Origin: Azolla caroliniana
Taxonomy: Eukaryota > Plantae > Polypodiophyta
Length of the DNA stretch: 64,000 bases
Reading direction: 5' to 3'
NCBI GenBank assembly: GCA_043228905.1
Contig: JBHGNT010000005.1
Span: forward strand, 4,402,001 to 4,466,000
Below the pieces are notes generated by a model. It saw only the letters and a list, made by a program, of their open reading frames with translations. It did not search any database and was not told where the DNA came from. Shown here one piece after another: positions 51,839-62,380 of the stretch (its first letter is position 1; each line of letters starts with the position of its first letter). Made by a program: the position numbers and the translations under genes.

Positions 51839-54800
51839 TGTCGCGAAGATTTGCGCATGTGTGTGCTACTCGAGCAACCACCGGGGTCTTGGACTGGGGA
51901 GGACGTTCGCAAAATTATCGAAGAGATGACGATCAATGTAAGATTTGATGAAATTTGTTCACTTGAGAAGAAGAAGGATTGTACACTTGAGAAGTAGAAA
52001 AATATGAAGAAGATAAAGAAGAATATAATTATATTGATGATAGTGATGTTGGTGATATCACATATTGAGCCCCCCTTACACAAGCTCAAGTAGAGGCTTT
52101 TATAGGTCTTTCCATGCTTGTGACATGCACAAAACCATGGGCTAAAACCATGGTTTTGTGCACACTATTTTGCTTATGTCATGCACAAACCATGGGTGTA
52201 GAATAATGGTTTTGTACACATGGTTTTCTATGGTTGTTTCGTCTATAATTTGTATATGAAAAGGAAATACATAAAATCTACACTATATGATAGTTGTCCT
52301 AGTGGTAAGGCAAATATCTTGTATCTTAGAGGTGTAAGGTTCAAACCTTGCTTGCATCCCTCTGTATGAACTCAAGTGCCACTAGGCATTATGAGGCTTA
52401 TTTGCTAAGTGTATGTGCAATGTTGCACATCCTTGGTTTATTCGTCTCACTCGGTTTCACACCATAGCCGAAAATCGTCACGACATACACCCCCACCAAA
52501 CCTGCACATCCTCCGGTATGTTCTGAGAAAGGTGAAGAGGTGAGATCTTTGGCAACGGTGATCAACCGAGTTCCTCCGCACGCTCGTCGACCTCGTCTGA
52601 CTTCGTCTTCCACTTCGAGTATGCATAATCTTTCCAACCGAACCACCGTAGCCACCCGATCCACCATATCCGGCACTCACACCTTCTTCCCCGATCGGTT
52701 GTAGTAGATCTATTGAACAAGGTCGTCGATCCGACCGCTCTTCCTTCGTCCACCGCGTGTGTCCTTCGATTGGATTCCTGGCCACTCCTCGTGCTCATCA
52801 TCTTCAACTGGGTGTTGTAGATCGTTCGTGTCCATCTCCGATTATGCCAGGTTTGCCCTTGTCCGGATCGGTCTCCACCGATCGCTTCTTGGCTTGGTTG
52901 GCCTTCGTCCGCATTCGCATTTCCCTGAGTCAGGCTCGACCGATTGAATCTGGCTAGGTCGGCCCCCTTTTGGATCGGAATCGTCCGATTGATTTTCGCC
53001 GAATCAGGTTTCGGCTGGGTCGGCCCCGGTCGATTGGCTCCCATGTGGATCTTCCTTCGTTCGGGCCGGAATCCCGATCGGATCGTCTTTCGGTTCGATT
53101 GGTTCTCAACTCTTCATTCCTTCCCGCATGCGGCCTCTCCATCGAACTCAACCGCGGCTTCATCGTTGGCCTCCTCGTCGGCCATATCCCTCCCTCTGTG
53201 TATGCTCGCCTCGAGCCATATTGTCTCCTCTTCGCCACCTCCTTTATCTTCGGTCTTATGTCGACACACAGTCTCGACTACCGAAGTCTCCGGAACCAGT
53301 GTGAAGGAATCCCTTCGCTCATGCACATTTACCTTGTCTTCCTCATCGCCCTTCCGGTCGTCCACTTTTCCGTCCACACATTCCGTCTCTCCAGTCTCAC
53401 GTTGGCGCACATGCACAACCGTCGAAGTCTCTAGAATAGGTGTGGGGATATCCTTTCTTCCTCGATCTTCTTCCTCCTTGTGTTGGGCCTTCGTCTTCCC
53501 GTCACCACCTTCCATCTCTCTGGTGTCACGTTGGCACACAGGCGCAACCGCCGAAGTCTCTGGAACAAGTGTGGACAAAGTCTCGACATGGCTATCCGTC
53601 GTCGACTCGTCCATAGCCACCTCCGACTCGATGTCATTTGTCATGGCTACCTCCACAATCACGTCGGACTCAAACACTTTATCTCCCTCGATCATGCAAG
53701 TTTTTCTCATGCTTGCACCTTCATCACCCGATGTTTCGTACACAATGCGTGTTCCGAAACATTTATCCTCCCTCGAAGTGGCGTTCGCCGTCCTCGAGTC
53801 ATCGGCCTCCTCCTTGGCCGTCGTTTCTTCATAAGACAAGAAGGTGACTTGTTTCACACCTTCTCTCTCGGTACCGTCATACCGAACCTGAGCCTTTGTA
53901 TCGGCCACTTCATTAACCCGCATTTGTTGGGAGGTCTCTTCTTCCTCGATCACCATTCGCCTCGGTTTTGTCTCCCTTTTAAGCTTTATTTCTTTTGTTG
54001 GTGGCGCGTTGCTGCATCTCGCCCCTCTTCGATCGTCCCTCATGGACCGTCTTGTTGTCGTCGATATTCTCGCTCGCCCCTTATCGTGTAGTCGGCATAC
54101 ACTTTCCACTTTTCTCCAATCCTCGATGAGGCCATTTGCACCATCATCTTCTTCGAGCTTGAGGCCAATGGCCATCCTTTCCATTCGATCGATTGACTTC
54201 ATGAACATAAGGACCTTATTGACCCCCACCAATCTTTGTTCCCGCTTTGAGAGTTGAGAAAAATGATGCTCGAAGTCTACGAATGCTTGTGCCGCGCCTT
54301 GGTGGGTGTCACTGATGTCACCCATTGGTCGAAGTTGCGTCGATCTCGTCCCTTCAGTCTCTCATAGCCATATCCCTCCAATAGAGCCTTCTCGAAAGTC
54401 TCCCACGAATCATGAGCTTCTAGAAGCTCTTTTACGTCTTTGAAGATCAGTTGAGACACCACCCGACAAAAGTACTCCAGCCTCATAGCTTCGTCCACAC
54501 CTCTTGAATCCATCTCCGCATTGTAGACTTTTAGAAAACTTTGGACTTCAGCGCTGTTGAAATAGCTCACTCGCTCGACTATGCTATCGACGGCTTGTTG
54601 GGCTTCATTTCGTCTTTTCCCTTCTCTCAAAAACTCCATCATCCTTTTTGACATTGCCTCCATGAGATATTCGCCATCCATCTTCGTCCTCCCCTGCTAC
54701 TCATCACGTTGAGTTCACCACTTGTGTCGTGCCTTGCGGCTCTGGATCGTTGCGTGAGTCGGGTGGGAACCGTTGGGGTTTTGGACTAGGAGGAAAGAAA

Positions 54801-55288
54801 ATTCTAAGGCAATTAAGAATATGCAATATATTGTAAGAAAGAAAGATATGAAAAACTCGTGAATCCCGCAAGTATAGTGTATTAGTGAGTACTCAAATTA
54901 AGAGAGGAAAATAGTTAGCAAACTCGTGGATCCCACGATTATATTATATTAATCAACCCTTGTAAAAATAATCAACAACCTCTATACATCTTTCTCTCTT
55001 CCTTATATAGTGTTGGAAGAGTCTAAGTTTATCACATGCAAGCATCATGCTTTTCCTATCTTTAGTTTTCATGCACACTGCATGTGCATGATTAGCTTTC
55101 TATCTCATCTTTTCTTTTAACTCGAGTGTCTATGCATGAATAACTTTTTGTACCATGCATGTCTAGAAATTTTACATTGGATAAAGTTTAGTATAACTTT
55201 AAAATTCATAATACGCTAGTATAATGATAAGGCTTAACATTATTAACATGGAGGTGCAAGGTTCGAATCTTGCCCTATGCATGTAATA
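51839..55288 (-). mobile_element. Element B: gag-only (TR-GAG-like) LTR element with two dissimilar LTRs
   Basis: 3' LTR 51839-52485 (TGTCG...CGACA) preceded by PPT ggtgggggtgta. 5' LTR at ~54723-55288. PBS TGGTGAACTCAACGTGA at 54720-54704. No protease, RT or integrase motifs are visible between the LTRs. Confidence 0.72.
53114..54681 (-). pseudogene. Element B gag-like ORF (frameshifted near 54300) with a long acidic, repeat-containing tail
   Basis: ORFs 54681-54277 and 54325-53114 give 'FLKVYNAEMDSRGVDEAMRLEYF..SWETFEKALLEGY' and 'KVLMFMKSID..GLIEDWRKVE', consistent with a retrotransposon gag. The tail has three TxxxETSxVxxVxQR-like repeats. Confidence 0.65.
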
Positions 55289-55321
55289 TATATATATTTA
55301 TACTTTCTTCTATTTACAAAT

Positions 55322-56533
55322 ATGTCTCTTCATCCGGTGAGAGACTCTCACCGGCCTTCTTCATCCGGCTCTTTCCGGTTCTGCTTCATCCGTAGTGTTG
55401 AAGAATATCAATCTGTTTTCTCGGAATTTCAATGCTTGAAAGAGAAGTTCCATGCTTTGGAACAAGAAAACCAACGGTTGTTGGGGGATCTTCAACAAAT
55501 CTCCTTAGAAAAGCAACAAATGCAACAACAGCATGGGGAACTTGCGTTACGCGTGCAACAACTCGAAGCAACCATCGTAGCGATGCAACAACAAGGGCCC
55601 GGAACACAAGGGATTCATAAAGAACCCAAGATTGGCCTTCCCACGAAGTTCGATGGAACGCGATCGTAGTTTAGAGGGTTCCTTAACCAGGTACGATTAG
55701 TTATTCAAATGAATCCTTCCAGATATCCCACCGATGCATCACGAGTGGGTTTAGTAGGCACTTTGTTAAGTGGCTCAGCGTTGGCATGGTTCGCTCCACT
55801 ATTGGAAAATGAATCTCCGTTACTCAACAATTTTGAAGAGTTTCTAGGTGAGTTTAAAGCATGTTTTGAAGATACTGATAGCATCAGGACCGCAATCAAA
55901 AAAATTCGGCGATTACACCAAGGTGACCGTCCAGCCTCCGCATACGCTGCAGATTTTCGCCTACTCGCCGATGATATCCCTTGGGATGATCAAGCGTTGA
56001 TGGAGCAATTCCGTTATGGTTTACACAACGACATCAAGGATTTACTCTTGACCTTCCCCGAAGAGCCAAAGTCCTTAACAGAAGCAATCAGTCGCGCGGT
56101 GAGATGTGACAACCGCCTCTTTGAGCGACGTTCGGAACGACAACTACAGATGCCGAGGGCAAGATCAGAGCCCACCTACGCCTCAGTGGTAGCAAGACCT
56201 TTCCCGAGGGAGTCATATAATGCGTCTCCAGCGAATACTTCGACTCCGATGGAGATTGACACTACACGTCGTCGAGGGCCATTATCCGAAGAAGAAAAGC
56301 AGCGACGTCGTACAAATCGACTATGTCTTTACTGCGGTGGACCAGGACATATTGCAATAAATTGCCCCCATAGGCCAAGAAGACAAGTAAACCAAATAGT
56401 CGCTAGTTCTAATTGTACTAAACCTGAGCCTGTTTCAGTAGGGATATCTGATAGTCCTAATAGTACTAATAGCCCAGATCTAGCGAACAGATTTGATGTC
56501 CTTAGTCAGTTAGAAGAAGAGTTAAACGACTAA
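55322..56533 (+). pseudogene. Element C gag (coiled coil, capsid, CCHC knuckle), one premature stop
   Basis: 'KEPKIGLPTKFDGTRS*FRGFLNQV', 'LLSGSALAWF', 'PMEID' and 'CLYCGGPGHIAINC'; TAG at 55667-69. Confidence 0.9.
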
Positions 56534-59500
56534 GTCCAGCCAAAATAGGAGCCGTTTGGTTGGACAGCCCTAGATCTGTGCAGCCCATTAGTGGTTCCAT
56601 TCCCTCTAAGCAAGTTAGTGATGTGTTCGTAGCCCAAGTAATAGTTAGTACTAAAAGTACCCCTCCAGTACATGTCCTAGCACTCCTAGATTCCGGAGCT
56701 AACTCTTGCTTTATGGATAAGAAATTTGCTCAAGCTCATAAGATATCCCTAAGAAAACTCCAGTGTCCAGCCTCTGTAGTAGTCATTGATGGACGTCCCA
56801 TTGCTTCCAGAAATATCATAGAAGAGTCAGAGCCCATTAATATTGTCCTAGATAACTTAGCATGTGTAGTATCATTTAATATTATTAGTATCACAGAACA
56901 TCCCATAGTTTTAGGATTGTCGTGGTTCGAGTTACATAACCCAGACATAGATTGGAGAACAAGAGAAATCCGGTGTCGACAAACCCAAGGGTCAACTCAG
57001 AAGATGGCAACCATTTCGCTACATCAGTTACGTAAAGAAGGGCTCAAGGAGGAGATGTTCCTTTTTGCAATATCAATAAACCCCTCCAGCACCACTAAAG
57101 AGGAATCCACTGTTCAACTTCCCGAGAAGTATCGTCATTACGCCGATGTGTTCGATAAAGTACAAGCCAACACACTTCCTCATCATCGACCGTACGATTG
57201 CCCCCTCGATTTACAACCGGGAAAAGAGCCGCCATGGGGACCGATCTACAATTTGTCACCAACCGAGTTGGAAGTCCTTCGGGCCTATATATAGGAGAAT
57301 TTGGAAAATGGTTTCATTCGGCATTCGAAATCTCCAGCTGGCGCGCCCATTTTCTTCGTCAAGAAAAAGGATGGATCGCTTCGTCTCGTTGTAGATTACC
57401 GTGGCCTGAATAAGGTTACAATCAGGAATAGGTATGCTCTTCCCCTTATCTCAAGTCTTTTAGAACGGTTCAATGGTGCCAGGTTCTTCACGAAGATCGA
57501 CTTACGGGGAGCATATAACCTCGCACGGATCCGACCAGGAGACGAATGGAAGACCGCGTTTCGCACCAGATATGGGCACTTCGAGTATACGGTCATGCCG
57601 TTCGGCCTCACTAATGCGTCGACAGTCTTTCAGCACATGGCTAATGATATATTCCGAGATCTATTGGATGATTGTTTGATCATCTATTTGGATGATCTAC
57701 TGGTTTATTCAAAGACCCAAGAAGAACATGATTCTCATGTACTATTAGTACTAAAACGACTTCGAGAACATAGTCTGTATGCAAAGCTGGAAAAATGTAT
57801 ACCAAGTGGAATTTCTCGACTACATCATTTCGTCAGAAGGCATCTCCATGGACCCAGCTAAGGTCAAAACAGTGGTAGAATGGCAGACTCCGCGTTCGGT
57901 GCGGGATGTGCAATGCTTCCTAGGCTTTGCCAATTTTTACCGGAAGTTCATACAAGATTACTCAAAGATCGTTCTACCTCTCACACAACTTACCAGGAAG
58001 GGACAACCGTTCATCTGGTCTGAAGAATCGGACATGGCTTTCGAGAGTCTTAAAAAAGCATTTACATCGACTCCAATTCTAGCTCATGTCGATCCAGAAA
58101 AACCATTCATTATCGAAGCTGATGCATCGGATTTTGCATTGGGGAGCATTCTGTCACAACAGGGGAATGATGAGAAGCTATATCCTGTGGCTTTTCACTC
58201 ACGTAAGTTTGACGCCGCCGAAATCAACTACGAAATTCATGATAAGGAGCTATTGGCAATAGTGGATTCTTTTATGCAATGGAGGCATTTTCTGGAGGGA
58301 TCCCCTCATCCGGTCACCGTATTTAGTGACCACAAGAACCTTGCCTACTTTCAGGATGCTCGTGTGTTGAATCGACGTCAAGCACGGTGGGCCCACTTCC
58401 TCACGCGTTTCGACTTCAAAATTACATATCGTCCGGGGAAGCACCAAGGGAAGACAGATGCATTATCACAGCGTTCGTATCTAGCACCCCGTCCTGGCGA
58501 GCCAGCTTTCGATAACCAAAAACAAGTCATCTTGGGACTGGCACGACTACAAGCAACACAGATCTTTGACATGCCCATGGATTCCCGCGTTATCGATACC
58601 ATACACAAAGACTTGAAGACAGATGTGTTCGTCCAAGCTATACTAGCACAAATTGATCCCTCTCAAGCGTCGTGTTCACAATCACAACCACCAGGTACGG
58701 ACTATCATCAATTCAAATACCATGATGGATTACTCTTCTTTAAAGACCTTTTGTACGTTCCTAATGGTTCTTGCCGCCTTCAAGTAGTACAAAACTGTCA
58801 TGACACATATACAACTGGGCATTTTGGTAGTACTAAAACGTTACATTTAGTACAACGATCATTCTGGTGGCCCTGTATGCGACAATTTGTCGAGGATTTT
58901 GTTCGGACGTGTGATACATGTTGCAGAGCGAAAAATGTCAAGGCATCATCCATATGGTTTATTACAACCATTACCAATTCCAAGCAAGTCGTGGCAATCC
59001 ATTGTTGTAGACTTCATCACAGATCTTCCAGTCTCTAAGGGGTTCAATGCGATTCTAACGGTGGTCGATCGATACACGAAGATGGCTCATTTCTTGCCAT
59101 GTACTAAGGAGATCTCCAGTGAAGACACTGCCGAAATTGTCATGCGTGAAGTATGTCGGCATCATGGACTTCCCAATAGTATCATCAGCGACCGTGGACC
59201 CCAGTTCGTGTCAAAATTCTGGAAGCACCTTTTTAACATGCTCAAGGTCACTTGTAACCTCTCCTCCGGCTACCACCCACAAACCGACGGCCAAGCCGAA
59301 CGAACCAATCAAACACTGGAGCAGTATTTGCGGTGCTTTCTCAACTATCATCAGGATGACTGGGCAGATATTCTCCACTTCGCCGAATTTGCCTATAACA
59401 ACTCTATCCACGTATCCACTAAAGTTACGCCATTTTATGCTTATACGGGATGTCACCCCCGGTGGTGTGTACTTGAAACCCCAAAGGTGTCCACAAATCC

Positions 59501-60107
59501 TTGCGTAGAGGATCGTTTGGAGAGGTTACGCAAGATACAAGTGGATTTATCTACTTTTCTCCAACAAGCTCAAGAAACACACAAGGTTTATGCGGATCGT
59601 CATCGACTCCCATCTAGTTTTAACATTGGAGATCGGGTATGGCTACTCCGACGACACATCAAGACTACTCGCCCATGCGAGAAATTGGATTATCGGCGAT
59701 TAGGTCCCTTCCGTATTATAGGAAAGATTAATGATGTTGCTTTTCGTCTTGATCTACCTCTACAACTTCGCATACATCCGGTGTTTCATAGTTCTCTCCT
59801 TGAACCCTATCAAGAGAGCACCATCCCAGGACGTATTACACAGCCTCCACCCCCGATCGAGCTTGAAGATGGACCTGAGTACGAGGTTATCGCCATCCTT
59901 GATTCCAAGCTTGTTCGCAACAAGCTCTACTATCTAGTCGATTGGCTAGGATATAGTCCCAGCGAGCGTACTTGGGAACCGATAGAGAATGTCACCAATG
60001 CTCGTGCTCTTCTTGAAGACTTCCATCGTCAATATCCAGACAAACCGGGTCCTCAATCCAAAACGACTCATTACACTTGTCGTTTTAAAGGGGGGATAGT
60101 GTCATGA
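56521..60107 (+). pseudogene. Element C pol (PR-RT-RNaseH-IN-chromodomain), Tcn1-like chromovirus, disrupted
   Basis: LLDSGA protease, YLDD RT, EADASD RNase H, HHCC/DDE integrase, GPF motif and a group-I chromodomain 'EYEVIAILD..YLVDWLGYSPSERTWEP'. Lesions: stop at 57292-94 and frameshifts at ~57800 and ~58930. Confidence 0.93.
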
Positions 60108-60660
60108 TATGGCAAGACTCGAACCCATGACCTTCTGCTACATGGGTCGAGCTCTTGACCATCAGACTATACATTGTAATATATAAAATATTATTTTCTT
60201 TTATGTTTTATTATAGAAAATTGATGTATATTCCAGATTTCTCTGGAACATTCTAGAAACTTCAGGATTATTCCTTAGAACACTATAAAAGGAGGGACAA
60301 GGCATTATTTCGAACCAAATCGGTTCAACGCCAGTCTTAAGCCTCCTAGCTACTCTACATTTTCTTCACATAATATATATCTTTTCTTATCATCACTCTC
60401 TCTCTCGATCTCGATCTCTCTCTCTCTCTCTCCCTCCCTCTCACTCACTCTTTCCTTCTCTCGAGAGTTCTTCACCTCTCTTAGTACTAATACTTCTTTT
60501 AGTACTAACTCCTTCTCTGTCTTAGTATTGTTCCTGACACCGGCTCTCCGTAGCCGGGTACTCGTCATACGGTTTCGGCCTCGGCCTATTGGCCTCGGCC
60601 GAGTTTGTTCATCAGCACTGTTCTTCTCCCTTCCCATCCGGAGGGACCTGTCTCCCAACA
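60100..60660 (+). mobile_element. Element C 3' LTR (561 bp)
   Basis: TGTCA...CAACA, preceded by the purine-rich PPT at ~60088-60099, with TATAAAA at 60284-90. Its right end interrupts element A gag at 60661. No matching 5' LTR is present. Confidence 0.85.
60231..60290 (+). promoter_or_regulatory. Heat-shock element array and TATA box in the element C LTR
   Basis: Perfect GAAcaTTCtaGAAacTTC at 60246-60263, inside a longer phased array (60231-60273) that ends 10 bp before TATAAAA. Confidence 0.7.
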
Positions 60661-60930
60661 GGTTCTTTCCTTTTTGTCTCCCGTAAATGGCTTAACGACA
60701 AACGATGGTTCACCCTGTCGCTCATTAGGTCTATTAGTCTCACGTTGTAGACTAATGACACGTGCCTCGAGAGCACTTTGAGATTGCCGAAGTTCGGTCA
60801 TCTGTTGAGCAGTGAAACTAAGGTATTGGGTTATTTGCGAAAAATACATCTCAATGGACATTTGTCCAGGAGGATTCCCTTAAGTTCCTTCCGCTTGAGC
60901 GGATGACATCGGGTCGTTATTTTGAGCCAT
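60661..60930 (-). pseudogene. Element A gag N-terminus, truncated by the element C insertion
   Basis: ATG at 60930 reads 'MAQNNDPMSSAQAEGT*GNPPGQMSIEMY...ALEARVISLQ...VKPFTGDK'; it lies downstream of the PBS and ends at the C LTR. Confidence 0.6.
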
Positions 60931-62109
60931 TAAATGATTATTTCTGGAAAAGAAATATGATAAGGTCAGAGAGATAGTCATAACATCATGTTGTGATGTA
61001 AACGTATCATGGGAAAACATTAATCGATATCATGATCTCACGTCAATACCCCTCTAGACATATGAGATGAGGTTCAAGATCAGGTTACTATGGTAACACA
61101 AAGGTGTTTTAAAAACCATGGGGGTGACAAATTAATGTCTTTCCTTGATCTCGATATCGATTTTATATGGCGGCTCCCCGAGGCTCAACCATGTATGTTC
61201 GCGTCATGAATAGTTTATACAGGAAAAAAATGTTAACAATAAACTATGTTTCGGTGCCAACATATGTGGTTTCGGCTCTTTAAGTCCTATTACGAGGACC
61301 CCAAACTACACTTAGACCTCAAGTCTAAACATGTGTTATAATCATATGTATCAACGATGGTGTATGGTCTTGGTCATATTTGAACTCGAGACCTTGAGAA
61401 CAAATGCATTAAACATTTGAGCCAACCAAGTAAGTTGCTCTTCTTGAATATTTAATGTTTCATACGTATAAGAGATATGCGAGGCATTTGCCCATATATG
61501 TTTTTTTAAATGAAACATATATGTCAAGAGTCCTTATTTCGCCCTCATTTACTACAACTATGTTGGTACGTTACCTAACCTCAAGTCTCGTAATTACAAT
61601 GGCATACGCCAAAGTGCAACCTAATGGTCAAGCCAAATGAGCCCTCTTTTCGTAGTAGGCCCACGTGGCCCATCACATGGTCACGTCATTACGAATGGCT
61701 CTCGTAAGAATGATCTCATGGTGGCATCGTATCCTTGTAATGAGGGAGGGATGTTGGATACGTGTGTCATAAGAGCGACCTCACATGAAGTGGGTCAAAC
61801 CCTACGTACTCAACATCATTATGGCTACTGGTGTTTCTTTACGTAACGAAATATCGAAGTCACCAACGGGGATTTCAACAATAAAAAAATTGTTAAAAAA
61901 AGGGATGGTGACAACACGATTCTCACAAAAATGTGAGGACGGCCACCAAGAACCTTTCCCCGAAAAGGAAAACATTTGATTTAAAATCACGTAATAATTT
62001 ATATACACATATGTATATTATTACATATATACGATCAACTACGTATACACGTGACCACATATGCCTATATTAAAGAAATCATTATATTTAATAGCCAAAA
62101 ATGATGTAA

Positions 62110-62380
62110 TCGAGATACATAATCGAGGCATATACCTCTACGCACACGAGACATCCAAAAATAAGGGTTCAACGTAATACGCAATTGAGGTATTGACCTC
62201 TTACGCATACGAGACCAAACGCATATCATTTACAACAAAATCGAGGTGTTGACCTCATACGCAAACGTAACATATGTTCGTGAACGTAATACGTAATTGA
62301 GGTATTAACCTCGTACGCATACGACACTCATCACATATTATTTATATGTCAAATGAGGTATTGACCTCGTGCACATATGT
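62110..62380. repeat. 56-bp-period array of GAGGTATTGACCTC mini-hairpins in the element A leader
   Basis: Cores at 62125, 62187, 62243, 62299 and 62355. Confidence 0.85.

Noticed and set aside
52944-54091. Long Ser-rich plus-strand ORFs (296 and 203 aa)
   Set aside because: They are antisense shadows of the GC-rich acidic ORF of element B and show no domain signal.
52288-60175. Calling the three tRNA-like segments real tRNA genes
   Set aside because: Acceptor and anticodon stems do not pair convincingly; only the A/B boxes and a T-arm-like hairpin remain.
62110-62380. CRISPR-like repeat/spacer appearance
   Set aside because: The context is a eukaryotic retroelement, the cores are only 14 bp, the spacers are homologous to each other and there are no cas genes; kept as a hairpin array.
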